A stretch of 64,000 nt of DNA from an uncultured cyanobacterium. Its GTDB lineage: Bacteria; Cyanobacteriota; Cyanobacteriia; Cyanobacteriales; Nostocaceae. Location: NCBI GenBank assembly GCA_963740315.1, contig CAVUDP010000001.1:1216001-1280000 (forward strand), read 5' to 3'. Shown in pieces: positions 1-10,119 of the stretch (position 1 is the first letter of the stretch; each line of letters opens with the position of its first letter). The notes under the pieces were generated by a model. That model searched no databases. It saw nothing but the letters and a program-made list of their open reading frames with translations, and was not told the DNA's origin. The position numbers and the translations under genes are program-made.

Positions 1-125
1 GCAGATATGCCAGGGTCATATATATCGAAATTTCCATTGTGGAATGCAACCCAAAAAGGAGTAAGAAAGGTTCCTTCTTCTGGAGCGAGATTTTCAATAG
101 TGACTGTTAATATTTTTTCTGTCAT
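1..125 (-). CDS. Spondin_N-domain protein, 5' part only (runs off the window)
   Basis: Not in the ORF track. Minus-strand translation from ATG at 125 reads MTEKILTVTIENLAPEEGTFLTPFWVAFHNGNFDIYDPGIS, which resembles bacterial spondin-domain N-termini. Confidence 0.7.
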   Translation of the reverse strand, partial: MTEKILTVTIENLAPEEGTFLTPFWVAFHNGNFDIYDPGIS

Positions 126-336
126 TTTTTGCTATTCAATGCAACAACAACAGTATTAGCTATGAAATAAAAAGTCCTATTAGTTATCCCTGAGAACTAA
201 ATAAGAATTTGCTGAATATACAGCCGATTTTGGATTAAGGTTAGCGTTCACCGGAGGTGTGGCTCAACTTGGGAAACCAATCCAAAATCTAAAATTTTTG
301 GTCGAGGGATTTTTCAAAAATCAATTGTCCAGCTAC

Positions 337-1452
337 TTAATTCCGCTGATACCGCATTCCCGGAAGCTGACTTACTAAACCCATTAATTCCAATTGCAAC
401 AAAGCACTAGAAACTTCTGACGCTGGCATTTTTGTTTGTTGAATTATAAAATCAAAAGGCAAAGATTCCGAGGAAATTGCTTTCATTACCTGGTGCAAAT
501 CTGCTGGTAAATCTGGTAATGGCTTCTCTACATCCGATACCAAAGTTCCTACATTAACTTGAGGAATTGCACCGAGCATTTTTAACAATTCATCTAATTC
601 CTTAAGAATGGGAATAGCACCTTGAGAAACTAATTTTAAGCATCCTTGGGAAGAGAAATCATCGAGTCTTCCCGGTAATGCGTAAACATCTCGACCAAAT
701 TCGTTTGCAAAATCAGCAGTAATTAAAGCACCTGACTTTTGAGGAGCTTCCATGACTAATACAGCGCGAGACAAACCCGCAATAATCCGATTACGTCGCG
801 GAAAGTGAGTGCGATGAGGTTGGGTTTTAGTAGGATATTCACTGACAACAAAACCTTGATTCAAAATCTCTTCGTATAGTTTCCGGTTTTTTGCGGGATA
901 AACCATATCTACACCCGTACCCAAAGCTGCAATGGTACGTCCTCCGGCTTTAATTGCAGCCGAATGTGAAGCGGTATCAATTCCTTCTGCCAAACCAGAA
1001 ACCACCGTAAAACCATTTTGAACCAAAGCAGAACTAATGCGGCGCGTCCAGCGGATACCATATTCAGTCGGTTGGCGCGTTCCCACCATTGCAACGAGGG
1101 GTTTTTGCGCCAAATTTTCTTGTAAATCGATGTTGCCACAATAGTACAGCACGGGTGGAGGGCTAGGAATTTCTAGCAGCAACCGGGGATATTCTGCATC
1201 TGCTGGTGTCCAGAAATTAGGATTTTCTTGTTCGTGCTGTTTAAGAAACTGTTCTGGATTAATTTGCGATCGCCCCTTCACTACCTTTTGCAAAGTTTGA
1301 TAGCCAAAACCTTCAACCTCTCCCAATTGAGAAGAATTTGCCTCCCAAGCAGTTTTGGGCGAACCAAAATGTTGGTATAGTCTTTGCAGTAGTACTGGTC
1401 CAACCCCCGACATCCTTGACCAAGCAAGCCAGTATGCACGTTCTTCAGTCAA
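337..1452 (-). CDS. dprA: DNA-processing protein DprA
   Basis: VGTR, VSGLAEGID, FPRRNRIIAGLS and SGALITA motifs, plus a C-terminal winged helix (LLQLELMGLV). Confidence 0.97.
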   Translation of the reverse strand: MTEERAYWLAWSRMSGVGPVLLQRLYQHFGSPKTAWEANSSQLGEVEGFGYQTLQKVVKGRSQINPEQFLKQHEQENPNFWTPADAEYPRLLLEIPSPPPVLYYCGNIDLQENLAQKPLVAMVGTRQPTEYGIRWTRRISSALVQNGFTVVSGLAEGIDTASHSAAIKAGGRTIAALGTGVDMVYPAKNRKLYEEILNQGFVVSEYPTKTQPHRTHFPRRNRIIAGLSRAVLVMEAPQKSGALITADFANEFGRDVYALPGRLDDFSSQGCLKLVSQGAIPILKELDELLKMLGAIPQVNVGTLVSDVEKPLPDLPADLHQVMKAISSESLPFDFIIQQTKMPASEVSSALLQLELMGLVSQLPGMRYQRN

Positions 1453-1507
1453 TTTTCTATCCTCATCTTTACTGGTTTATTATTCCCAAAAATTGGATTA
1501 GAAGAGA

Positions 1508-1640
1508 GGGGAGATGGGGAGATGGGGAGTACTTCGACAAGCTCAGTAACCTTTGGGGGGATGGGGAGATGGGGAGATGGGGAGATGGGGAGATGGGGGG
1601 AGATGGGGAGATGGGGAGATGGGGGGAGATGGGGACAAGG
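1508..1640 (+). repeat. (GGGGAGAT)n tandem array with an embedded 32-bp element at 1527-1558
   Basis: Read directly. It explains the spurious GDGEMGRW ORFs here. Confidence 0.95.
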
Positions 1641-1724
1641 AGTTAGGAGTTATAACACGATTTATAGTGTTCGCCGAACAGCTCCCAAATTATTTTTTAA
1701 TTATTCCCCATTCCCAACTATCAA

Positions 1725-1762
1725 TTGCTCACTGCTCACTGCTCACTGCTCACTGCTCACTG
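1725..1762. repeat. Heptamer STRR array (CACTGCT)n
   Basis: Read directly. It overlaps the 3' end of the DUF2301 gene. Confidence 0.9.
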
Positions 1763-2402
1763 TTCGTTGACTTTTAAGGTATTCAAATACAGATTTATCT
1801 CCGATATCTGGGGGAATTGCTTGGACAACTTTACGAATTGCGAAAACTAGAAAAAATACTGCCCAAACTGCTAATAAACCTTTTTCTATTTCTACGGGAA
1901 GAATATTGGTCATGTGTCCTAAAAGCAGTAGCGGAACTACGGGAGTAAGTAGTTTAGTTTCTAATCGGTTGAAACAAAAAGCTTCTTTGAAATAAATACC
2001 TGTTAAAGCAGCAAAAGTGAAGCCAATTCCTAATATAGTTAGGGGATAATTGTAAACTGTTTGTGCTAAGGTTTCGCTGCTAGAGAAAGCAAAAACAATT
2101 GCGGAAATGCTACCAATTGCCCAAAATACTTGTAATGCTCTGTGCAACTCTACCATATAGATATGTATGCTCAATAAGCTTACGCCGAGGGCAAGACTAA
2201 AACCAGCGTATAAAAATGTCAGTAGTTGTAAATTGGGGTTTTCTTCGATTAATACCAAAGCGGTACCAACGGCAAAACAAACTGCGGCGATCGCTAAACC
2301 CGCACGATAGATAATTACGCCGAATCGGTCATCTTTGGTAATTGTAAATTCGCCAAATTGACCTTGATATATGTCTGGTGTTGGTGCTGTTTGTGTTGTC
2401 AT
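1743..2402 (-). CDS. DUF2301-type integral membrane protein
   Basis: YQGQFGEFTIT, KEAFCF and DIGDKSVF motifs. Start set at ATG 2402 (MTTQTAP) because the longer upstream frame is AT-rich and repeat-derived. Confidence 0.85.
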   Translation of the reverse strand: MTTQTAPTPDIYQGQFGEFTITKDDRFGVIIYRAGLAIAAVCFAVGTALVLIEENPNLQLLTFLYAGFSLALGVSLLSIHIYMVELHRALQVFWAIGSISAIVFAFSSSETLAQTVYNYPLTILGIGFTFAALTGIYFKEAFCFNRLETKLLTPVVPLLLLGHMTNILPVEIEKGLLAVWAVFFLVFAIRKVVQAIPPDIGDKSVFEYLKSQRTVSSEQ

Positions 2403-2619
2403 GGTTATAAGAGTAGGGAATGGGTAATTGGTAATTGGGAATGGGTAATAATATATTGAGCGGATATTTTTTTCGATTAGGTTAAATTGGATTAGATTAA
2501 AATAAAATAAATTCCATAAATTGAACTTAATTAGTTTCATTTTAATATAAAGATGATGTAGCTCTAACCTAATTTAAATTTAAATTTAGATTTTGAACCA
2601 ATGCCCAATGCCCAATCCC

Positions 2620-4959
2620 CTATTCCCTCCTACCAATTAAGAAATAAGTAGTCATTCTACCTTTACCTTTAACTGAAATTTCACCGCGTCTTGCTAATAC
2701 AAACCGATCGCGCAATCTGCGATAAGTATTTTCTGTTACCTGAATTTTTCCAGGTAAACCGTGAGATTCCATTCTGCTGGCAATATTTACCGTATCACCC
2801 CACAAATCGTATGTAAATTTTTGTAGTCCGATTACTCCTGCGACTACCGATCCAGTATGAATGCCAATGCGAATATTTAGGTTTAAATTATTTCTTTTAT
2901 TAAATATTGCGATCGCATTTTGCATCTCTAATGCCATAGAAGCAACAGCTTGGGGATGGTTTGAATTTCGTGTAGGTAAACCACCAACAAGCATATAAGC
3001 ATCACCGATGGTTTTAATTTTTTCTAAACCGTATTTTGACGAAAGGCGATCGAATACCGAAAATATTTGATTTAGTAGGTTGACTAAAGTAGTAGCGCTG
3101 ACTGAAGTAGCAATTTTCGTAAAGCCGACAATATCTGCAAATAAAACCGTTACATCGTCGAAATGCTCGGCTATGTTACCCGGTTCTCGCTTCAAACGAT
3201 TGGCGATGCTAGCTGGTAAAATGTTGAGTAATAAACGTTCGGTTTGTTCTTGTTGATGGCGTAATGCTTTTTCTGCTGATATTCTAGCGGTAACGTCGCG
3301 AAAAATTGCGCGTGTAGCTGCGGGTTTTCCTTCAACAAATTTACAATTAATATTTCCTTCTAAAAAGATAGTTCTACCGTCTTTAGTCATAAATGCAGCT
3401 TGAAGCTGTTCAAAATTACCGCTCGACATGACGCGATAAAAAACATCTCGACAGCGCATTTTAAAAGTTGGATGTACAATATCAAATACGGTTATTTTCT
3501 CAAGATCGGCTTCACTATATCCTAAAGTTTCTTGCCAAGCACGATTAATATATAAAAAACGTCCGTAAGGATTAACCGACTGAATCAAATCGTTAGCATT
3601 TTCAAATAAATCTCGATATCTTTCTTCACTTTCTAAAAGTGCTGATTCTGCTTGTTTGCGTTGTAGAAATTGCGCGATTTGACTACCTATCGAAACCATC
3701 ATTTGCAGCAAGTCTTCGTCTCTAAATAACACGTCGCGACTAAAGAAAATCATCACTCCCAAAATTTTATTATCGTTTAAAATCGGGAAACCAAAAGCTG
3801 CGTGTAGTTGTGTTTCTTCTACCTGACTCAATCGCGGACAAATATCATCATTCGTTACATCTTCGCACCATAAAGGAGAAAGAGTTTCCCAAATTTTACC
3901 TGCTAAACCAACTCCATTCGTAAAAGTTGTTAGCCAAGTAATCGCTTCAAACTGCCGCACGTCAACCCTTCGAGATGACCAGATTTCGACACATCTTAAA
4001 ACTGGATTGCTCGTAGATGTTTCGTTTACATCTAAATATTGACTCGGAGTCCATAATTCTCCTAAATCCCAAGCCAAACTTTCGCAAATTGCCTGCAAAA
4101 TTTGCGGCATCGCTTGTTTTACAGTAATTGATTCCGATAAGATATTGGTAATTGCATACTGAGCGCTTTTACGTTGCTGGCGACGCTTTTTAGCAGTAAT
4201 ATCTCGACCAATATAAACGATATCTTCGACACCATCAATTTTTTTACGAATTACCGAACAAGAAAAAGCAATCAATTTTCTTTCTTTTGATTTAGTCCGA
4301 CAAACAACTTCTACATTTTGAAAATATTTTTTATACAAAGAACGTTGTTGAATCGCTTTTTGCAATAATTTATTATCATCAATAACTAAAGAAATCTGCT
4401 CGCCAACTAATTCTTCTTCGGTATAACCTAATAATTCTACAGTCGCTTTATTTACCTTATTTATCTTGCCGGATTTAGTTGTCACAATCAAGGCATCTGC
4501 CATTGACGCGATTACTTTATCCATATAATTTTTATAGGCGACTAAAGTACTTGAGAGCAAATTCGTTTCATTGACTCTTTGATTTAACTTTTGCTCCAGC
4601 AGCATTCTATCGCTTACATCTTCAATTAAAACAATTAATCTATTTTCAACAGGTTCGCCGATAATATATATATCTATATAGAAATCACCTTTTTCTTCAT
4701 TGAAACGGTGAATACCTTCTAACTCAAATAATTCCTGTTTCCCTCCTAAGATAGATGTCATTTCATCTTCAAGTCCAACAAACTCTGGAAACGCAAAACG
4801 GACATCTTTTTGCAAAATTACCTCTTGGGGATAATAAGCAAAACGTTGCACCTGCTTAGATAAATGTAAAATACAAAAATTACTATCTAGCTCCAAGCTT
4901 TCAAATTTGCGAGGTGCATGATGTTTATTAAAAATTTTCTCTAAAACATGATATTTCAT
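2620..4959 (-). CDS. Class III adenylate cyclase with PAS and GAF sensory domains
   Basis: LFADIVGFT, EKIKTIGDAYM and YDLWGDTVNIASRMES. The Lys and Asp specificity residues favour ATP. Confidence 0.92.
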   Translation of the reverse strand: MKYHVLEKIFNKHHAPRKFESLELDSNFCILHLSKQVQRFAYYPQEVILQKDVRFAFPEFVGLEDEMTSILGGKQELFELEGIHRFNEEKGDFYIDIYIIGEPVENRLIVLIEDVSDRMLLEQKLNQRVNETNLLSSTLVAYKNYMDKVIASMADALIVTTKSGKINKVNKATVELLGYTEEELVGEQISLVIDDNKLLQKAIQQRSLYKKYFQNVEVVCRTKSKERKLIAFSCSVIRKKIDGVEDIVYIGRDITAKKRRQQRKSAQYAITNILSESITVKQAMPQILQAICESLAWDLGELWTPSQYLDVNETSTSNPVLRCVEIWSSRRVDVRQFEAITWLTTFTNGVGLAGKIWETLSPLWCEDVTNDDICPRLSQVEETQLHAAFGFPILNDNKILGVMIFFSRDVLFRDEDLLQMMVSIGSQIAQFLQRKQAESALLESEERYRDLFENANDLIQSVNPYGRFLYINRAWQETLGYSEADLEKITVFDIVHPTFKMRCRDVFYRVMSSGNFEQLQAAFMTKDGRTIFLEGNINCKFVEGKPAATRAIFRDVTARISAEKALRHQQEQTERLLLNILPASIANRLKREPGNIAEHFDDVTVLFADIVGFTKIATSVSATTLVNLLNQIFSVFDRLSSKYGLEKIKTIGDAYMLVGGLPTRNSNHPQAVASMALEMQNAIAIFNKRNNLNLNIRIGIHTGSVVAGVIGLQKFTYDLWGDTVNIASRMESHGLPGKIQVTENTYRRLRDRFVLARRGEISVKGKGRMTTYFLIGRRE

Positions 4960-5496
4960 CGTGGCGCTTTAAAGTAAGTAAAAAGGAGAAACGAGCAAAA
5001 AAATAAAACTCAAAAAGTAATTTGAATTTAAGTTTTTTTTATCTCGTCTTCCTACTCTTAACTGTATGAGTCAGATGTAGGCACCACTGATAATTGTATA
5101 TGATTGTATATCTATGGGGTTTATTAAAGCATTTACCGTTATAAAACCTGAGATTAAAATTTGAATTGACTTAACGTTTTAAGTTAAATCTCGTTTGAGC
5201 TTAATTTCCGAATCATAAATACAGTATTAGTGTATAATTACCAGCTAAATGCATTTTTTCAATCGAGTATCAAGTATTCTCTTAAATTTTACCGTAAACA
5301 GGAGTTACTGCTCATCGAATATATGAAGTAAAACCCTCACCCGCTTATGGATGGGGAACTAATATTACAAAGTCCACCTACGTGAGCTACGAGAATTCTT
5401 AGCCCAGTTTACAGTAGGCTTCGTTCCTATAGCCTCACTCTTATAAGGTGTAAGTAGGTGGGCAGAAAAAATTACAATTTGCATGCAATGTAGCTG

Positions 5497-6087
5497 CTAA
5501 CTGTTCGCTGTTTCAAACGCAATGTCTTCATACAACAATTCGATCGGAAATTCAAAGTCAATGCTTGATAAAGTAACAATATCTCCTGCTATGTAAGGAT
5601 AATAAAGCCACATTCTTCCTTCTCCCCGACAATAACGTTCGACGGAGATTTTTTCTGATTCTATCAATATATATTCTTGCAAAGAAGGCATTTTTAAGTA
5701 ATAAGTAAATTTTTCTCCCCTATCCTTAGAAGTTGTACCCGGAGAAAGCACTTCAGCAATCAATTTAGGATTTTTATAAAATTTACGAGCATTTAAATCT
5801 TCAGGATCGCAACTGACGATAACATCAGGATAGTAATAAGGACTTTGGGGCGTTACCTGGACTTTCACATCCGATACATTAGCCTTACAACCTTTAGGAC
5901 GTAAATGTGGGTACAAATTTCTGTAAAAGTTTAAAGCGATATCATTATGAGGGATTGTACCACCAGTCATAGCAAAAACTTCGCCGTTAAGGTATTCATA
6001 GCGAATCTCTTGCTGGGGTTCCCATTCGAGATATTCCTCAATTGTCATTTTTTGCGATTCATCCCGAATAGCTGATTTATTAAACAT
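5497..6087 (-). CDS. Uma2 family putative endonuclease
   Basis: EYLNGEVFAM, YYPDVIV, EVLSPGT, DRGEK and LQEYILI motifs. Confidence 0.93.
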   Translation of the reverse strand: MFNKSAIRDESQKMTIEEYLEWEPQQEIRYEYLNGEVFAMTGGTIPHNDIALNFYRNLYPHLRPKGCKANVSDVKVQVTPQSPYYYPDVIVSCDPEDLNARKFYKNPKLIAEVLSPGTTSKDRGEKFTYYLKMPSLQEYILIESEKISVERYCRGEGRMWLYYPYIAGDIVTLSSIDFEFPIELLYEDIAFETANS

Positions 6088-6100
6088 ATTATTAAGAAGA

Positions 6101-6298
6101 GAGGGGGAAGAGGGGGAAGAGGGGGAGAGCGGGTAGAGGGGGTAGAAGGGGAAGAGGGAGATGGGGAGATGGGGAGATGGGGAGATGGGGGGCTAAATAA
6201 TTAACTGCTAACTGCTAACTGCTAACTGCTAACTGCTAACTGCTAACTGCTAACTGCTAACTCTAACTGCTCACTGCTAACTGCTAACTGCTCACTGT
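6101..6298. repeat. G-rich tandem array followed by a (CTAACTG)n heptamer array
   Basis: Read directly. Confidence 0.9.
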
Positions 6299-6301
6299 TC
6301 C

Positions 6302-7081
6302 CTATTTCCTTCCTTTTATCGAATTCAAACCGTAACCAAAGACTTTCCCGTTTCTAAATAGTTTATATCCGACAAATATTAAGCTAGCTGATACGAGAAT
6401 AGCTAAAAGATTGGCTGAAGCAAATAGTCTACCGGAAAACAAGAGTAATGCCGCTCCTAATCCTATTAAACCCCATCCCCAATTACGATTAATTCGACGC
6501 TGCAAGAGAATTATAGCTCCTCCAATCCATAATAAAATAGTTGGAAAACCAAACCAAAAACTGATGCGAGTATTTGCAGCGAAAATTAATACTCCTACTG
6601 CTATCGATGCTAAACCAACAAATTTGCTTGTACGATCGACTGCTTGTACTTGTTGCGCGTTGTCGATCGCTTGAGCTTGGATAGTTGTAGGTTGAGTAGT
6701 TGCGATCGCAGCTTGCTGATGCTGTTTGTATTGAAATATAAAAGTTACTTTATTGTCGTTACCGAGTTCGATTCTATCTCCTAAATTAAGAGGGTAGCGC
6801 CTATGATTTTCTAACTTATTATCGTTCAAATAAGTCCCATTAGAACTACCGATATCTATTAAATAGTAAGTATTATCTTTTACAATAATTTCTGCGTGAA
6901 CTCGCGAAACAATATCGGCAGAAGGTAAATTCAAAACATCAACATCAATAGGAACTTGTTCGTTTGGCTTGCCGATACGAATTACAGGATAATTTGGCGG
7001 AATTTCAAACGAAGTATTGCTTTGAGTATGAAAAAGTTCTAAACCCAACCCTGTTGTTTGTAAAGTGCTTAAATTGTGCAT
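6302..7081 (-). CDS. FHA-domain membrane protein
   Basis: IGK, VSRVHA and GSSNGTYLN FHA motifs, with about four C-terminal hydrophobic helices. Confidence 0.9.
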   Translation of the reverse strand: MHNLSTLQTTGLGLELFHTQSNTSFEIPPNYPVIRIGKPNEQVPIDVDVLNLPSADIVSRVHAEIIVKDNTYYLIDIGSSNGTYLNDNKLENHRRYPLNLGDRIELGNDNKVTFIFQYKQHQQAAIATTQPTTIQAQAIDNAQQVQAVDRTSKFVGLASIAVGVLIFAANTRISFWFGFPTILLWIGGAIILLQRRINRNWGWGLIGLGAALLLFSGRLFASANLLAILVSASLIFVGYKLFRNGKVFGYGLNSIKGRK

Positions 7082-7193
7082 TTTCAGGGAGTATTAAAGG
7101 TCTGCATGTCAAAGGTTAAAGGTAAATATTTTTCAATTCTACCGTATTAACAGTCTGTAAGAGGGGATAAGACTTTAATTTATAACTCCTAAC

Positions 7194-8939
7194 TCAACTT
7201 CCTTCTCCTTGTCTCCCCATCTCCCCATCCCCTTGTCTCCCCATCCCCCCATTTTGCTGATGTAGGGGAATTTCAATGATAAATTCGGTACCTTTACCGG
7301 GTTCTGATTCGCAATTCAGCTTACCTTGATGTTTGTCAATAATTATTTGATAGGTAATTGATAAACCTAATCCCGTTCCTTTTCCTACGGGTTTAGTGGT
7401 AAAAAATGGATCGAATAACTTGTTTTTTACTTGTTCACTCATTCCTTTTCCATTGTCTGCGATTCGCACTGCTACTGTTTTTTCGATGAGTTCGGTTTGA
7501 ATGCAGATTTGCGGTTGGATATCAATATCTGTTTTTTCTTCCAATACATCTATTGCATTACTAATAATGTTCATAAATGCTTGATTTAATTGTCCGGGAT
7601 AACACTCTATTTTAGGCAATTGATTGTACTTTTTAATAATTTCGATTCCGGTGCGATTTGGTTTGGATTTAAGACGGTTTTGTAAAATTAGTAAAGTGCT
7701 TTCGATACCTTCATGGATATCAACTTCTTTCATATCGGCTTCATCGAGACGAGAAAAGTTACGTAAAGATAGAACTATTTCTCGAATGCGGGTTGCTCCC
7801 ATTTTCATTGAAGTTAATATTTTAGGTAAATCGGATCGTACAAATTCTAATTCCATATCTTCAAGTTTTTCTTCGATGTCGTCTCCAGGTTTGGGAAATT
7901 CTTGTTGATAAAGTTCGATTAATTCTAAAATATCTTTTATATATCCATTTACATGATTGATGTTGCCGTAGACAAAACTAACAGGATTGTTGATTTCGTG
8001 GGCAACTCCGGCTACCATTTGCCCCAAACTTGACATTTTTTCGGTTTGAATTAGTTGCGCTTGGGTGCTTTTTAGTTCATTTAAAGTTTTTTCTAATTCT
8101 GCTTGCGCTTGAGTGCGATCGCCAATTTCATCTTTGAGATTGCGATTGAGTTTGATTAATTCTCCACTGCGTTCGATGATTTCACTGTATGATTCAGTTA
8201 ATTTTTCTGTCATACGATTAAATCCGTTAGCAAGTTGCTCTAATTCATCTTTAGTACAAATATTAAATCGGTAATCGAGTTTACCAGATCCAATTGCTGA
8301 TGCTCCCTTTTGTAATTCGTTCAAAGAATTAATCAGCGGAAGCATAATTAAGAAGAATTGACTAATAAAAACCAGCAGGATAGCAATTATAATTCCAGAA
8401 GTTACTAATTGAGAGGTGCGCTGCATTTCGTCCATTTCATTTTCAACGATAATAATTTTTTCGCGAGTACTATCTGTAAAATCGCTTAAGAATAATTCAA
8501 TATCTCTAGCAAAAGAATTGATTGCTCTAAAATCCTGTTGAGAATCGGCTAAGTATGCATCCTCTGAAGTTTGATTGCGATTTCTAACTTCCTTACTTAA
8601 GCGGATTAAAAATAAATGACGGCGACGAATAACTTTTATTTCCTTAGCATCTGGGATTAAACTTTCTAATCGATCGAGGTGAGCTAAAAATTGTGTTTGA
8701 TATTTTTCTGCATCTGATTGTCTATTATTAAGCAATACATCATCTTTGAGGGCATCAATTTCGTTTTTTAAATCAATTTCTAATTGTAAAGCTATTTGAA
8801 TTGCTATACTGGATTTTTCAAACTTGCGGCTAATATTTGCTAATCTTTGATTTCGCCATAAAGAACTTCCTACTAAAACACCAGCAACTATACCGGCAAA
8901 GCAAGCAGAAGAGGCGATAAATTTAGTAAAAATTTTCAT
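7194..8939 (-). CDS. Membrane sensor histidine kinase (TM-periplasmic-TM-HAMP-HisKA-HATPase)
   Basis: H-box VAHEINNP, N-box NIISNAID, DNGKG and GTGLGL. The HAMP segment includes DELEQLANGFNRM. Confidence 0.95.
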   Translation of the reverse strand: MKIFTKFIASSACFAGIVAGVLVGSSLWRNQRLANISRKFEKSSIAIQIALQLEIDLKNEIDALKDDVLLNNRQSDAEKYQTQFLAHLDRLESLIPDAKEIKVIRRRHLFLIRLSKEVRNRNQTSEDAYLADSQQDFRAINSFARDIELFLSDFTDSTREKIIIVENEMDEMQRTSQLVTSGIIIAILLVFISQFFLIMLPLINSLNELQKGASAIGSGKLDYRFNICTKDELEQLANGFNRMTEKLTESYSEIIERSGELIKLNRNLKDEIGDRTQAQAELEKTLNELKSTQAQLIQTEKMSSLGQMVAGVAHEINNPVSFVYGNINHVNGYIKDILELIELYQQEFPKPGDDIEEKLEDMELEFVRSDLPKILTSMKMGATRIREIVLSLRNFSRLDEADMKEVDIHEGIESTLLILQNRLKSKPNRTGIEIIKKYNQLPKIECYPGQLNQAFMNIISNAIDVLEEKTDIDIQPQICIQTELIEKTVAVRIADNGKGMSEQVKNKLFDPFFTTKPVGKGTGLGLSITYQIIIDKHQGKLNCESEPGKGTEFIIEIPLHQQNGGMGRQGDGEMGRQGEGS

Positions 8940-9877
8940 TGCATCGCCTTCTTATTCAAGTTTAAGCTGTCTCGAAGTTTGCGAATTGGAGTATAGTCAG
9001 CATCTTCGATAGAAGTGTAACCTGCCGATCGCCCTCCAAAAATATCTTCGATACCTTCAGGAGTATTTAAAAAAGTAGTTTTTAATTTTTTAATCGTATC
9101 TGGGGACAGTTTTTTAGAAACCACTATTAACGAAGGGGGAATGGGTGGAGATTCCCAAATAACTCTAAATTCTGATTTAAGTTTACCCATTTTTTGCTGC
9201 TTCAGATAATAAGGAACATTAGTTGCAGCAGCATCAATATCGCCATTTTCCAAAGCAGCTAAAGTTTTAGCATGAGTACCGGCATATATAACTTTCTCAC
9301 ATTCCTCTTCCGGATTGATACCAAGTTTTTTAAATGCAGTAAATGGCATTAAATAGCCACCTGTAGAAGATTTATTTACAAAAGCAAATCGCTTACCTCT
9401 TAACTGTTGCAAAGTTTTAATATTGCTATCAGCCTTGACCACAACTACAGATCGATACCAAGGTCTTCCTGTATACTTATCAATTGGTGCCACCAAAGGT
9501 TCAATCTGGGCACCTGCTTCGAGAGCTTCTAAGTAAGACACCGGAGCAACATAAGCCATGTCTATTTTTTCATCCACCAACCATTTCACAATCTGCTTGT
9601 AATCCGTAGCAACCTGGAAATTTATGCTTGTTTCTAAAGATTGTTCTAAATACTCCTCCAAAGGCTTAATCATCCGTTGTTGTTCTTTCAAGCTCTGAGT
9701 TGGTAACACTCCAATTATCAAAGATTGAATGTTCTCATTGCTACTCGCGACTACTGAGGGTATTACCAGATTATTATTATTAGAAACCTTAGTAGAACAG
9801 CTTGCATTAATAAACGCAACTATCGCAACCAGTACAAAAACTGCCGATTTACTAAACAGATGATTGGTTTTTCGCAT
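8936..9877 (-). CDS. PhnD/PtxB-like phosphate/phosphite/phosphonate-binding lipoprotein
   Basis: Lipobox-like INASC, YRSVVVV, SSTGGYL and GTH. The likely start is ATG 9877. Its stop overlaps the kinase start (ATGA). Confidence 0.85.
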   Translation of the reverse strand: MRKTNHLFSKSAVFVLVAIVAFINASCSTKVSNNNNLVIPSVVASSNENIQSLIIGVLPTQSLKEQQRMIKPLEEYLEQSLETSINFQVATDYKQIVKWLVDEKIDMAYVAPVSYLEALEAGAQIEPLVAPIDKYTGRPWYRSVVVVKADSNIKTLQQLRGKRFAFVNKSSTGGYLMPFTAFKKLGINPEEECEKVIYAGTHAKTLAALENGDIDAAATNVPYYLKQQKMGKLKSEFRVIWESPPIPPSLIVVSKKLSPDTIKKLKTTFLNTPEGIEDIFGGRSAGYTSIEDADYTPIRKLRDSLNLNKKAMQ

Positions 9878-10119
9878 GGTACCAAATATAATTAAAAACT
9901 TTTTACCATCGTAGAACTGTAAATGCATAACCCCAAAAGGTTATTTGTCCAGTCCATGCCTAAGCATAGGTTTCCCAAAATAGTTACGAAGATAACAGTT
10001 CTTTATAAAAATCATATTCAGTAATAGGGCATGGGGAATTAAGGTTTGTAGTAAGGGCTTTAGCCCTCCGGATTTAGGGAACCAATGCCAGCACGTAGAA
10101 CCTTTTTATCCATGCCCAT

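Noticed and set aside
1266..1273. Abundant GCGATCGC octamers across the window
   Set aside because: This is HIP1, a well-known cyanobacterial feature. It was used only as a taxonomic clue.
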